From positions 15,128,001-15,192,000 of the forward strand of contig OZ024745.1 in NCBI GenBank assembly GCA_964016885.1: 64,000 bases of DNA. Reading direction: 5' to 3'. A program made the translations under genes and the position numbers. Below, one piece after another: positions 43,253-57,300 of the stretch. The notes below the pieces were generated by a model. It was not told the origin of the DNA. It ran no database searches and was given only the letters and a program-made list of their open reading frames with translations. Every line of letters starts with the position of its first letter. Within the stretch, counting starts at the first letter, position 1. This DNA comes from Eledone cirrhosa (Eukaryota).

Positions 43253-43686
43253 CCTAAGTATAAAAATATACCTATCTTTTCTTTAAATCCCGACTGCAGT
43301 TGTGCTGATCCGTGTGTAACTGTGCATTATAGAATTGTATCATTTTGTGAGGCAAATCAGATTTTCAAGAGACCCCCCCAGAAAAAATGACTGTTTCCCC
43401 GACGCGTTTGCAGCAAGTGAGAAAATCTATATGGCGGAGGGAGGAATTTACACGAGATACATCTGTCAAAAAAGGAATGTTTCTTTTGTAGCAAGTGACA
43501 ATATTTCTAGAAGCGGAGGGAGAAATTGATGGATGATACAGAGGTGACATATGGGTAGTAAAGTGGACAGAAAATGAATATCGTATTTGGTAGAAAAAGC
43601 AGTTAGCACACTCTTGAGTTGACTTGACCATAGGAGAGTTTCAGACAATATAATAATGAAATACACACACACACACACACACACAC

Positions 43687-43730
<44 letters not shown>

Positions 43731-43741
43731 ATACATATACA

Positions 43742-43790
<49 letters not shown>

Positions 43791-44026
43791 GTGTGTGTGG
43801 TGGTGTGTATAAGCGCATATGCCACATATAATTTGATTACTATGTATACTTTTCTTGATTAAGGAAGTTAGTTTTGTTTATAGAATCTAAAACTAATTAA
43901 AGATGAGAGACCGTGGATTAATTAATTAACCAGGAACTGTGTATTTGAAAGGTTTTACATTTAGAATATTCACCCAGGCAACAACGCACGCATATAACAC
44001 ATTTATACACGTGTATATACATACAT

Positions 44027-44155
<129 letters not shown>

Positions 44156-44614
44156 TGAGAGAGCCAGATGGGGGGAGAGAGAAGACCATATGGTAGTTGA
44201 TTTGCTATCAAGATTAACAAGATTTTGTGCTCCTTCCTTCTCCTCTTCGATATGTGTAGCACCCCCCCCCCCCCACCTCCCTTATCATGATCTCTTAATA
44301 CAACAAAGCCATACAAAAGCCTGGCAAGATCAAAACAGAATCACCTCGTAGCATGAAACACCGTCTATACTACACCTATATATAAACACATATTCATGTT
44401 AGGTATGTCTGCAACTATAGTTACAGGTGGTTGGAGATATCGAGAAGGAGTCGAGCCCCAGTGATTTTGATTCTACCTTGAGCTGATCGATATTGAAAAG
44501 ATTGTAATATGTTAATCAATTTTATATATACGCTGCAACAATGTCTTCGTTTATACTTACTTTTATACTCATAGTCCTATACATTTGTGCACACATACAA
44601 ATATAGATTGGATA

Positions 44615-44770
44615 TCCGTCGGTTTCGATGAAGAGTATTTCAGTTATTCGATCAAGAGTATAGCCTGCTCATGAAACTAAATTGTAAATAGCTAAGTATT
44701 CCAAAGACATGTAAAATCTTAACGCAGTTCTCAAGGAGATCCAACCTGACACAGTGTGACATAGGACCGA
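44615..44770 (-). mobile_element. Degraded SINE 3' portion (third family; related piece at ~53720-53850)
   Basis: cgatcaa..agcctgctc.tgaaa.taa..cttaacg.agttctc..ggagat.ca.c.tgacacagtgtgaca pattern. Confidence 0.5.
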
Positions 44771-44914
44771 ACGAAAGATCATCTGATTAATTCCCAATGA
44801 TTTACAAAAAGACCATAACCACTATTTTACACAGTGTAAAGAATGAATTCTTCGCTTGGCTTCTTCTACCGCTTCTTAAATAAGAGAGAGAGTGTGCGTG
44901 TGTATATATGTGTG

Positions 44915-45024
<110 letters not shown>

Positions 45025-45301
45025 TGTGTGTGTGTAACATTTAAAAATATTAAGACATGGTATGAAAATCCTAATGAACTGATAGACGGAATGTAAATCA
45101 AGAGATTAATATATAGTTGTCTAAAGGAAAATTTCGAAGAAACTGAAGAAAGAAAAGTACATAATGATGGTTGAATAAAATAAAATTATTCCTATTGATC
45201 TAGCATAAGACGATTACAATAATTGTGTACTATATGAAGTCTCATTCTAGGTATCTAGTATACATTTTAATGAAGATTTGATTGCATTTAAGTAATTATA
45301 T

Positions 45302-45485
45302 ATATTGTTATTCTTTGGGAGGGTCATGTTGCCAATAAGAAACACACGCACCAGTTGCTTTCACTTCAATTTAATTTATTATATATTTGTAAATTTATAA
45401 ATATATAATAAATTAAATTGAAGTGAAAGCAACTGGTGCGTGTGTTTCTTATTGGCAACATGACCCTCCCAAAGTATAACAATAT
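45302..45485. repeat. Near-perfect 184-bp palindrome
   Basis: atattgttattctttgggagggtcatg..tatattt / aaatata..catgaccctcccaaagtataacaatat; arms ~90 bp. Confidence 0.93.
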
Positions 45486-45884
45486 CGGTTTCAACACACG
45501 ATTTCAGATAAAGAATCTTGCTAAACAAATTCAGAAACGAAATAATTATATATATTTTCCTACAAAACTATTCATGAATGAGTAGATTTCTACCCACCCT
45601 TTGTCTAACGTCATTATATATATGAATACACGTAAAAATAAATATGAACTCACACAGCAGATTTTACGCACATATACAGTTTCACGCACATAACATCATA
45701 CACACTAATACTTATTCATATTTATACACTCGTGGGAATACGTCGTCTTTGAGATTATGAAAAGTTATCGCAGTTTTTTCCCTCAAACAGGCAACAGAAA
45801 TAATTTATTTTTACAAAGTGTTTTACAAATTTATTTTTACATACATTGTGTTTTTCTTTTTCTCAAAATATCATTCTTCAGAAC

Positions 45885-46490
45885 ATCTGTTGAGTCATTG
45901 TTATATGGATCAGATACATAGACCTTGTCACAAGCACTTGAGAAAAAACTAGATGGTACCATACACTAAAATGCTTAGGGTTGTACAAAACATAAACTGG
46001 CGTTAACATATTACAAATGAAAGTTTATATGGAAACTTGCCCGAGATAACAACTAGAATTGTTGAAAGACGGTTACGATTGGGATACTGGAGAAGTAAGC
46101 AAGAAGTTATATAGAAGTTACTATTGTGGGAAGCGATCAGGAGATACTCAGTAGAGGAAGACCGCCACGAACATTCATCGATCAATTCTCAGACGATACA
46201 AACCCCAGTAAGGAACTGTTGCCAGGAGCAATGGAAAATCGTTAATTATAGAGAGACTTTGTCAGGAATGTTTGACTGTGGTCGGAATCATGATGATATA
46301 TATGTTTGAGTGATATTGTGAGAACTAACTCACGGGACACACAGTAAAGGAAGACCTGAACATTCATCAATACTCTCAGACAATCCAAATCTCAGTCAGG
46401 GAGTAGCTGCCAGGAGCAATGGAAAATCGTGAATTTTAAAGAGACTTTGTCAGGAATGTTCGACTTTGATCACAATGATGACGATGATGT
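45885..46490 (+). mobile_element. RTE/RTE-X LINE 3' fragment with a duplicated 3' end
   Basis: VES.LLYGSDT*TLSQALEKKLDG.YTKMLRVVQNINWR*HITNESLYGNLPEITTRIVERRLR. 46120-46295 is repeated at 46315-46490; (GAT)n tail. Confidence 0.8.
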
Positions 46491-47326
46491 TTCTTTCCTT
46501 TACCAAATAAATTCAATATGGCGTGAATTGTATGGATTTTTGTGAACGGTTTGAATTATAATATGATTTGAAACCCTTTAATATGGCGCCTTAATGTTGA
46601 TGTATCCCCGACTAGATATTCATTTCGTAATTAACTTACAGCACAGCTTTCTTTTTTCATTCATACCTATTATATTTTATTTATCTATAGTGTTACTTGT
46701 TGTTTTAAATATCATTTGTGTAAAAGATAAAACTCATTTCATCGTTTGAACACGAGGAAAAATAAAAGAAATATGCCTTGAAAATCGTGTATTTTTTTCG
46801 CTCTCTTTCTGTGGCTAATTGATGCAAAGCTTCATTGAGTGACGTGACTTCTTAATGAGTATAAATAAACGCATGACAGCTGAAAAAATAGATCAGAACC
46901 AATAAATATCAAGTTAACTTTCTGCCAGAAAATATCTTCTACTTTTATTTTACAAGAGGAAAATTGCTGGAAAAAATATCATATAAATAAAAAATATATA
47001 TTTTCTGTCATTAACAGACTTTTGACAGGTATTAATGCGTGTAGTTAAAAACGTTCAAAAGGCAACAGTAACTCCCCCCCTCTCTATCTCTCTCTCTTTA
47101 TATATATATACATACATACAAATTTGTATGTGTGGATATTTATAAATAAATATTTGTATATATATATATGTGTCTGTGTGTGTTTGTGTGTGTGTGTCCG
47201 TGTGTGTGTACATGTTTATATATGTATTTATTTAAGAAAACCACACACTAATATGCATGAAGCTAAATGTGCGTTTATGTGAGCAACAATATATATACAC
47301 ACACACACATACATACACACACACAC

Positions 47327-47373
<47 letters not shown>

Positions 47374-47899
47374 CATACTTCACAATTATAAACTAAGAGT
47401 GACTCTTTAAGAGTTACCTAACTACAAACTACATTAAATTGTTAAAGGTACCTCTACAATATTTTCAATTCTTTATACTTCTTCAAGGATTGACTTTGTA
47501 ACAACAGACGAAAATGAATATTTCTATTAAATTACATTGATATTTTCAATAATATTTACTCACAATATTTAAACATATTTATTTAATATGTCAATAACTT
47601 GGCTGTATTTGAGTTGTAGCGTCAGATACACAAGAAAACCTCCTGAATGAGAAACACAAAGAAACACAAACTCTGTTCTAACATGTTTAGTGCAGTGCAC
47701 CAAAAAATGTTAATGAATCATTAATGTACAAATAACAAAAGTTAAGGGGAGATAATATTGGAATTTTATCACTTAAAATTAATTAAATAATAGAATAAGG
47801 CAAGTCAATGTTAAATACGTTTTATTTTGACAGTACGACAACGTTCCTGTGTCCTTGATGAAGTATTATTTTTATTGATAATGATCTCTAGTTTGAAAT

Positions 47900-48560
47900 A
47901 AGGTTTCGACTGTTCCACACTACGCTTAGGCTTTCCTTGCGTATGCTGTCCATCTTAATAATACCTTTGATATATTCTGCTGGTATATTGTGTGTGTTTC
48001 GTCTGGTTACTTGAACCACAGGAAATGTACTCCAAGAACCAAACTGTTGCAACCTGCTTTACAGTAGAGCTCCTCATTTGACACTTTGTTTCATTAAAAC
48101 ATGCAGTTACCACACGTTGTAGAAATCAGTGATCTTACGCATGTCTCCATTAGCTTTTACCAGCAATCTGAGTCATACATTATAACTAATTTAACATTGC
48201 TGTTGTAGAGTGCAAGTTTAGTTTTAAGAAAGTATTGCCTAGACTTCCAGATCAGCTGAAAAGTTGGATGTCTAATTTGCCCCATTATCTTAACTGATGA
48301 GGCTTCCTGGATATGTAAAATATTCCACATGTTTGAGTGGTTCACTGTTGACAGTGATTGGTGTAACATTGTTGAAGTTTAATGATATTTGAGTGGTTCA
48401 CTGTTGACAGTGATTGGTGTAACATTCTTGAACTTTAATGATATTCAGGTTCAGAACTTTCTGCTTTGCATATTTGTTCAGTTTGTCTTTTTTTTTCACC
48501 TGCAGACGGCTTCTGGATTACTCCTATAGCCAAGATCTACATGGCGGGGAAGCTTTCAAT
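47900..48560 (-). mobile_element. Degraded RTE-clade LINE fragment with a 57-bp internal tandem duplication (48332-48445)
   Basis: IWKSRQYFLKTKLALYNSNVKLVIMYDSDCW matches the RTE motif WKS..I.LKTKLRLYNSNVK.VLLYGSECW. Confidence 0.75.
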
Positions 48561-49442
48561 GGATGCCATTGGGTTTATTTGATGCAATATTACATATCAT
48601 CTACTCGATGAAATATATTAAGAGGTTGAGAAATACGGGAGACTACTGAAGCGAGTTTAGCGACTTGCTGTATATTAAAATGATTAAGAGAATAAGTAAA
48701 CTAATGACAACAATAAATAGAATTTTCACTCTTCTCAACTTTTTTTGTCTTAACAAGTGCGTCTTTGCGTTGATATTCTCTCTCTTTCACTCACTGCCTT
48801 CGTCTCTCTCACTCTCCCATCTCTTTCACTATTATATGCAAATGGGATCCCACGCGCGGTCTCGGCATAGAGAAGGTGTTTACCCCGAGGATGGTGAGGG
48901 CGATACGCTGGAAGATCAATTCCAGCTTTCGGGGTTCACACCTTCGGGTAGCCAACAATGTGGTGATTATACAACAAATCGCTGAAAATAATTATAAGAC
49001 AAACTTATCAAGATGATCTTCCCAGAGAAGCTATATTACTGTTATCTCAGGAGATCTCACGTTGCCAGAATATATGAAATGGATGAACAATCGAACATCG
49101 CATTCAAAAGATTGTTAGATTATGTTTTTTAGTGCAAATATACAGTCAATGTATTTCCTTAATTCCGCTTGTTCTTCTTCCAGCTTGTTGCCCATTCCTG
49201 ATTCAATATTTGAAATAGAACTCTCCAGAAAACTGAAATGTATGAAAATGGGTGTGATACATCACTTATCACAGTTCTGTAATTTGCCTTGTTTGCGATG
49301 TTTGTGAATTAGTCTCTCGGCCCAATCATTTAGAAGAACACTACATTCGAAAATGGTCCTACATAGATCAAACTGCACTGATGTTGCTGTGAACTCGTTG
49401 GCTTCTCTATGAGGATGAAGTCAACGCAAATATTACTTTATA

Positions 49443-50194
49443 CTAGCAGAATGGCCCGGCGTTACTCGGGCTTCTAAACATAGATTGGCATGTTTATCCC
49501 TCCTTTCTGAAACAGTACAGAGAAGTACGGAATACCTCGGCCTGGGGATGGTGTCTACATTTTGTGCTTATAAAAAAAATTCATAGATTACCAGGTGTTT
49601 AACTGTGTGCCTGAGAGTAAAATCTTCAACACACGAAAGCTAAGACGATATGGTTAAGTAAAAAGGCAGTCGACAAACCGAACATGTATTTGTTGTGCTA
49701 TGGTACAATGAAAGTTACAGAGCAGTAAGATTGTGGGACTGCAGTGGTGGAGAGCATGAAGGAATTTAGTTGAATACTTTTAAGGTTACAAAAATCTACC
49801 CAATCTGATATAGACCGAACTGATATAACGGATGCCGAACGCTGCGGAGTTACTATTAGGTTCACCATCAACAATTTCAAGGGATGTACGTTTAAGTAGG
49901 GATAATATAGTCTATAGAGAGAGGTAACTCTTTCAAAATACTAATGAGTTGTCTCTCTTGAACATTGTAGACAAAATTGCCGAACTGACAAAAAGGGCTT
50001 AAAGTTTTAGTGAAATAAAATGCCTTTAACAACAGAAAATTGAAAAGTAAAATCTGCAGTTAATATCTTTAGACCGCAAGTAATATATCAATGCAAGTTT
50101 GGAGTCAATCGGGGTAGAAATGTGGATTTTTATAGACTTTCCAAAATTAGGGGACACACACACAGGCAACTTCAGTTTTATATATATGTATAGA
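49443..50194 (-). mobile_element. Complete non-autonomous Helitron (~750 bp)
   Basis: Minus strand starts A|TC tatacatatatataaaa and ends with hairpin gcccgagtaacgccgggc, then cattctgCTAG|T; no TSD. Confidence 0.8.
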
Positions 50195-50387
50195 TTACAC
50201 TGCTACGTGACAAGTTTATCCACCCAAATCTCTTTTTTCTTCTTTTTTTTACTCATATTTCCGCTTTTTCTCTAATATCTTACGAAGACGGACTTAGTCC
50301 GAAACATCATCAATTTCTGTTCAGTTAAGCGTCAAGCTATTAACTTTAATTTTTATTTCGTTCTTATTTTGAAATTTTCGTTCTCTC

Positions 50388-50461
<74 letters not shown>

Positions 50462-50468
<7 letters not shown>

Positions 50469-50572
50469 TAACAGATTAAAGTTTAAGCAAAGAATCGCTG
50501 CTTTGATTTGATATATATTTATCCTTATCGAGCCCACTTTGGATTTTAGTCTTCAAATTTATTATTATTACT
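50462..50572. mobile_element. Rearranged scrap of the 38.7-kb Naiad pLTR family inside (TA)n
   Basis: Inverted piece attaaaataacag..gctgcttt fused to forward piece atttgatatatatttatccttatcgag..ttattatta. Confidence 0.8.
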
Positions 50573-50589
50573 ATATATATATATATATA

Positions 50590-50896
50590 TATAAAGAAAA
50601 AGGGATGAAATCGAAAATGCAACTAAAGTCTTATTTTTTAAAAAAAGGTGAGTTGAGATGGAGGGTCTGTGGTTTTTCTCACATCTGAGATGTGAGAAAA
50701 ACCACAGACCCTCCATCTCAACTCACCTTTTGAAAAGCAGAAGAACTGCGAAACCGGTAAAGGAACCAAATAAAAATATATATATTTTTTAAAAAAATAA
50801 GACTTCAGTTGCATTTTCGATTTCATCCCTTTTTCTTTATACTTCCACTCGTGTAGGACACCTCGGTTATTTTTCATTTTGTAAAAAAAACCTCAC

Positions 50897-50905
<9 letters not shown>
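50590..50905 (+). mobile_element. Doubly folded Penelope-type pLTR fragment with a decayed minimal HHR (50726-50763)
   Basis: Outer inverted repeat 50590-50640/50790-50841; inner perfect hairpin 50644-50731; cctt TTGAAAA gcag aagaa ctgc GAAAC cg GTA aagg. Confidence 0.75.
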
Positions 50906-50984
<79 letters not shown>

Positions 50985-50986
<2 letters not shown>

Positions 50987-51823
50987 CATTCATTTGATTT
51001 ATTGATTTATTGATATTTTTTCTGAGTGTCCCGAATCTTCCAGATCGCAATTTTTCGGTCGTACGGTTGATTATAGACTTGTTCTATGTGTGACGGTATT
51101 TTAACGATAGTTATAGCTCTGATTTATCTGAATTATTGAGCCCTCTGCCGCTCATTTCGAATTTTGTTTATCGTGAACTCGTGCGCCGATTTTTCGATAC
51201 TCGATTATTCTACTATATTTAGCTCTAGACCTAGCTATTGACCAGTTAATTTTATTGTTCATTTTTTGTCGATTCTATTAAATGATGAATAGCTCCTGTT
51301 TATTTTAACATGTCTATTGAGCACTCTTATTCGATATGTGTATTTCCACATTTTCCCGAATATTTTTTGCGGATATAGAGGTTATCTCCCTTGCTGAATT
51401 CCATGTGCGTTTCTTCAGCCTGGGTTATGCCTTTTCATTCGTTCGGACAAAAGCTCGTTGAGGAAGTAAATTTCCCGTCCGCTGGCTTCTAGAAGTCTTA
51501 TATATTTTTATGTGAGCTGATAGAGGGCAGTTTAAGGATCTACAGAAACCCAAGAAGCTAGATTTACCATCTTTCTAGCGGGTCCGAGTATGCTTTTTAC
51601 ATTCATTTGATTTATTGATTTATTGATATTTTTTCTGAGTGTCCCGAATCTTCCAGATCGCAATTTTTCGGTCGTACGGTTGATTATAGACTTGTTCTAT
51701 GTGTGACGGTATTTTAACGATAGTTATAGCTCTGATTTATCTGAATTATTGAGCCCTCTGCCGCTCATTTCGAATTTTGTTTATCGTGAACTCGTGCGCC
51801 GATTTTTCGATACTCGATTATTC

Positions 51824-51831
<8 letters not shown>
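50985..51831 (+). mobile_element. Non-coding retrozyme-like element: 613-bp unit in a ~1.4x tandem within (TA)n
   Basis: 50985-51218 appears identical to 51598-51831; HHR at the unit junction; no ORF. Confidence 0.85.
51453..51589 (+). ncRNA. Large type I hammerhead ribozyme (extended stems II and III; C3->U)
   Basis: gctcg TTGAGGA a gtaaattt..(~60 nt)..ggatctac a GAA ACCC aagaa gctaga tttaccatctt tctagc GGGT C cgagt. Stem I gctcg/cgagt; GUC cleavage site at 51584. Confidence 0.72.
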
Positions 51832-51906
<75 letters not shown>

Positions 51907-51909
<3 letters not shown>

Positions 51910-52180
51910 GGGAGGGGTATGGGGCGGCCTTTGACTTAATCTTCACTTGTAGTCAAGATTGACATTTCTATTGTCCTGGGTTCTCGCCATAGGCGACGGA
52001 AAGCTGGTATGAAAGAACTTTTGAACATACAACTATTATAAATGTTGGTAAAATAATATGATGTAGTTGCATTTGCCCTTTGCCTTAAGTTACGTAGAAA
52101 ATCATACGAATTAGAGAAAATTCTTGTACTGAAAGCGAAGTATATGTTAGATAATGTGCTTGAATTAAAATACATTTCAT
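51907..52180 (-). mobile_element. LINE 3' end fragment (L2/CR1-group-like)
   Basis: RNLRQ..CMFKSSFIPAFRRLW resembles the terminal FK.SF.P...RLWN motif. Confidence 0.5.
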
Positions 52181-53004
52181 TTTGTCAGCCATTGGTGAAT
52201 GTCTTGTGTACTAAAATATTTACATCTATCTTGTGTGGCTAGTTTATGAATTAATTTATTGAGAACGTTTAAAAGAAATATTTTAATACATTATATCAAG
52301 GTGATATCATAATGTTGATATGAGTGTGAAATGATATATCACGTCACTGATTTATGTTATATATGTGTGAAAAGCTATATTCATCGGATTGAATGCGAGT
52401 GGTATTTGTCGATATTATAATTAGTGGAAGTTTTCACAGAACACATAAACGTCTCTGTAAGTTTAAAGTGTTGAATTATACAAGAATAATGAATGATTTT
52501 GTCGTATTACAAAGAGCTCATCAAACATTCGAAATTATAGCCAAGTTCAATCGTACGATGTAATTATCTTTCTATGTGTCTGTATTGAATTGATGAAGCA
52601 GTTCGTTAGACAAGTGTTTACAACTATCATTAGTTCACATACCTGCCAATCACTGAGCCAGCTGAAGACACCATCAAATCATTTTATAGTTTTTTTTGTT
52701 TAACTCAAGAGATCAATCAGGAACAAAAAAGCATTAAACATCAACTTCCTTTTTAAAAAAAAAATTGATTAGATTCATGGAGAAGAGACATAGCCTATAA
52801 TTATCTATGAAGTTATATTTTCATAATACGATCATTGAAGATATTGCTATGTTTCGAGCAGGACACATCATAAAGTATCAAATACAAAATCAAGCAAAGA
52901 GAAAATCTTTCAAATATCAAGATGAGATTTATCGACACTAAAGAATGTTGCAAGAAATTTTAAAAAAAATGAACTAGATATAGTTGAGTAATATTTTTTT
53001 CTAC

Positions 53005-53192
53005 TTTTAATATAAAGTCATCAATTTGAATGGGGGGGGGGGGGTCGATTAAATCGACTTCAGTGCGTTACTGATACTATATTATATCGACCTCGTAAGG
53101 ATGAAAGTTAAATCTAACCCAAGTAAAGGGCCGTAACTACATGCCACAAAACATGTTGTCCAACGCTCTAACGACTCTGTCAATCTCCCACC
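53005..53192 (-). mobile_element. Degraded tRNA-derived SINE
   Basis: gtcgattaaatcgac..cagtgcgttactg..tatcgacc.cgtaaggatgaaag. Confidence 0.75.
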
Positions 53193-53477
53193 CTATAGTT
53201 GAGTATTAATAGATACTATTTCTGGATCGTTCTCTATTTGGTTTGTATTGACACTACTTATTTGAACTCAAAAAGTACACAACACTGCATACTAAAGTTT
53301 GGTATTTTAACACAGGCGAAATAAAATATTTTATTGAAAACTTTAAATGCAAAATAATGTGATACAGAACGGGTGATAGCTGAATGATATTGATATTAGA
53401 TAAATACAAAGACCAAAATCCAGAGAAGACTCGATAAGTGCTGTGTATCTATAAAAGTATATTCAAATTCGTAGAGC

Positions 53478-53581
<104 letters not shown>

Positions 53582-55044
53582 GTGTGTGTGTGTATATATA
53601 TGTGAGTGTGTGTGTGTGTGTGCATGTATGTATATATATATATATATGTGTGTGTGTGTTTGTGTGCATGTGTGTGTGTATGTGCGAGTGTGTGTACTTG
53701 TGTGCTGTTTGGCAGCTAGGCCGTTTAAATATGCCAGCCTAATCACATAGCATGTCATGATGAAAATCTCTGGAAATTACGTTAAGAGTACCGGTGTTTA
53801 TAAAACGCTCAGTTCTGTTAATAGATTAGAACTCTCATCGTTAAAAACCACAGTGATCCACTCCATATATAAACACACATGTGACTTCTTTCCTCAAAAT
53901 AGCAGGCTTGTCATGACATGATAATATATTCTGTCATATAAGAAAGCCTGACATGACATTATTGAAATTTCTCTGCTGTGAGGTTTCCTCGGGTCATAGT
54001 GACTCATTGTAAGTTTGATAAATTAAACCTAATTGTAAGTTGTCTACCCACGCGTTTTACATGATAAATTCTAAAGAACTCATTTAATCAATCATTGTGT
54101 AATGGTTTTAAATTTTACCTCTTATCTGTTTGAAACCTTACATCGATACCTTCATACTAACATATTACAGAATTTTACGTATACTACTACTGGTGTAGGT
54201 ATTTGCATAGATTTTCATTTTATATTTGTGAAGTCAGCTGTGTGATTGTAAGACTGTATGCACTTCTATGTATACATCTCCGTGTATTTCAACATTGAAT
54301 ATCTTAATTTGAAGTGCTGATACTTCAGAAAGGAATTGATATGTTCCCATAACTGATCTCTAGCAAGATAAAAGAATTTTGATAGATATATTTATATATT
54401 GATCTAATCCTGATAAATATTTATAAACCTTCTCTTTGAGAACGTATCATGAATTCTCTATCTCAGTTATCAAACTAACCTTTCAGAACCTTCTTGAACT
54501 TATAATTCAGAAAGTGCTTTGTGATTGATTATAGAAATATGCTCCAGAAGGATCTAAAGGAGCTTTTATGTAGGTTGATAGATAGCCACAGTTTACAGCT
54601 CTCCATCTAATATACCTCTGAAAGTATCTCTTTGAAGTATCTTATATTGATATTAAATGACAAAACAAAGAGCAGATTTACGAAAATCAATTCTTAACAA
54701 TAATCTCTGAGATGCCGCTCATATATATTAACATTTCCAAGTTTTCAACTTTATTGCGTAGATCTCAGTAATTTGGTTAATTCTTTAAAATTAGTCGTTA
54801 TCTCTACACACAAAAGTTCAAACACGGAAATAATTATTCTATAATTTTCCACAAGGTTATAACAGAATAGAATACCTGAGTAGATCTACTTTGGTACATG
54901 ATTGTTAATTGTGCTATTAAATTCGAAGAATTAAGGAAAAAATTTCCAACTCTACAATATTTAATTCAAAATACAAGGAAAAAGAGTGCGATCTATATGT
55001 CAAATATAATAATTGGAAAAGAATAAATACTGTAGAGGCATTAA

Positions 55045-55330
55045 AAAAGTCTAAAGTCTGTCTCGAGCCCGGAGGCTCATCAGTCCGGTGCGTATCCCGG
55101 TTTCGGTAGAGTTAGGATATTGAGAATAAAAAATTATCCTTAGGACAGGATGCTAGTCCATCGCAGAGTTAAATCCCCAGCTATAGCTGGTACTCATTTT
55201 CACCTGAGTTCACTGGATTAAACGTGAAGAGAAATGGTTTACTCAAGTACGCAACACACAACCCAGTCCAGGAATCGAACTCATAACATAATGATCGCAA
55301 ATCTGACATCCTTACCAATAGGCCGTACGC
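55045..55330 (-). mobile_element. Full-length second-family tRNA SINE
   Basis: Minus strand: tggcctattggtaagg (A-box-like), gagttcgattcc (B-box), central aaaatgagtaccagc..ctgcgatggactag, terminal stem-loop gagcc tccg ggctc, and agacttt repeats. Confidence 0.8.
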
Positions 55331-55649
55331 AATGCACATGGAGTAATGGCTGACTCGGTGATGACAATATTCTACTAACATAATAGACTCCTATTCACAC
55401 TCGTACTGTCACCATAACAAGTAATATCCATTTTCCTACAATGACTCTTCCTCAGAGCATCAAACCTCTAGAATTCCCTCCGTGCCATGTTTTGTTAGTT
55501 TTTATGCAGTTGTTCGAGAACACCAACTGCATTGATCTTACCAGTCTTAGAAGGTCTGCTACTACCATGTTCATAGCCTCTTCCTATAAATGAAGTCATC
55601 AAAACTAAACAACAAAATGTAGTACATAACGTATTTCATAATATTATTA

Positions 55650-55826
55650 TGGCAGTATCGGTAGAGAGTCGGACGCCATGCTTTCCAGCATAGTTACGTC
55701 CCTTTACAGTCTGAGTTCAAATCCCGCCGAGGTTTACTTTGCCTTTCATCCTTACGGGGTCGATAAAATAAAGTACCAGTAATGCACTGGGTAATTGCCG
55801 GCATTGTGCCTAAAGTAGAAACAATT
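55650..55826 (+). mobile_element. tRNA-derived SINE
   Basis: Matches the consensus; flanked by attatta. Confidence 0.92.
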
Positions 55827-56753
55827 ATTAATAAAATCTAAGGGAAAACGTCGATCGTCAGAGCAGAACAAAGAAACTATATTTCCACTGTTCTTTATTT
55901 GCCGGTTGCAGAACAGGTACCACAAAGCATCCCGTCCGATACTTTGACAAATCCATTTATCCATCTTACATTGAGTAGGACTTTATTTATCGACCACCAA
56001 AAGCGGATGAAATGTAAAGATGTTCTTTGAGGAATTTGAACATAGAGTGTAGAAATAAAACAATATAGTAAGCTAGAATGAGATTCATAATGCCATTGCA
56101 GTGGGCACTTCATCTGACACACCGTATAACACTTGTCAAATGACACTACACGGTCGTATTAGATTGAAAAGAAAGAACAACAGCAATAATGTAAATTCCT
56201 AACTCCATCAGTAGGCCGCATGTTTGTCGAGTAAGTGCAGTAGAATCAATTAAATCGATCCCACAACAACAATAACAACGATTATATCAGACATCGACAT
56301 AGTTTAAAAAACTAGTGGAATGTGTTGTTTACTAAATAGTTTACATTATAATATATGAGCATACTGTAATCGGCTTACATATTTACATTCGATTATCAGA
56401 AACCACACAGAATTTGAAGATCAATTTATTGTCTTTAAAATAGAAGTAAATTGATTAATTCTGCTTTCATGTTTATGCGAGATAAAATACTGCATTCGTT
56501 ATTTTAATCTATTATAATATGCATGAATAATATTGCTAGGGAAAACGAGATTAGATAAGAATCGTCCCAGATATTACAAATTTTATTTCATTTTATATTT
56601 CTAGTCAAATATTATATAGTTGAAATGTGTTTGTTGTTTAAAAACGCGGTGGAACTGATGTTAAATATTTCTTCGGTTGAGTAAAAAAGCAATATGCTTT
56701 AGGGAACATTTTAAATAAATATATATACATATATATATATATATATAAGACAA

Positions 56754-56822
<69 letters not shown>

Positions 56823-57173
56823 TACTTGTCTTTCTCTGAGATAATACCAGTAAAATCTGCACCACCTTCTGAGATTGTTAGAAGAAATCGCAAGGTATAA
56901 ATTACTCTAATGGATATTGACTTATCATCAAACTGGACATCAGTTTGCAACGGAAGAGACTTTGCTAAATACACCCAAGATACAAAGAAGTTTAAGTCCA
57001 CTAGACGAATTGGAGCAATAGAAATAGGATGCACTCTTATGTTGCCAAGACCCTATGTCTGGCTCTATAACACACATTGATCAATGATATACAATATCTA
57101 ATTTAGTTTAAGAAGAGCTAACAGTTTGCATACTCTTTACAGACCTTTACTATCAGGAGAAGCGGATGTTAAA

Positions 57174-57174
57174 C

Positions 57175-57205
<31 letters not shown>

Positions 57206-57300
57206 GTGGTGGTGTTGGTGGTGGTGGTGGTGGTGGTGGTGGTGGTGGTGGTGGTGGTGGTTATGGTGGTGGTGGTGGTGGTGATGAAGATGATGAAGAA
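57174..57300. repeat. (GAT)n(GGT)n microsatellite
   Basis: Directly visible. Confidence 0.9.

Noticed and set aside
50280-50312. acgaaga c ggac tta gtcc gaaac
   Set aside because: Stem II and GAAAC are present, but the CUG, stem III/NUH and stem I are missing; at most a heavily decayed remnant.
55058-55090. CTGATGAgcctccgggctcgagac on the minus strand resembling a hammerhead
   Set aside because: No GAAA box and no stem I or III; better explained as the SINE 3' terminal stem-loop.
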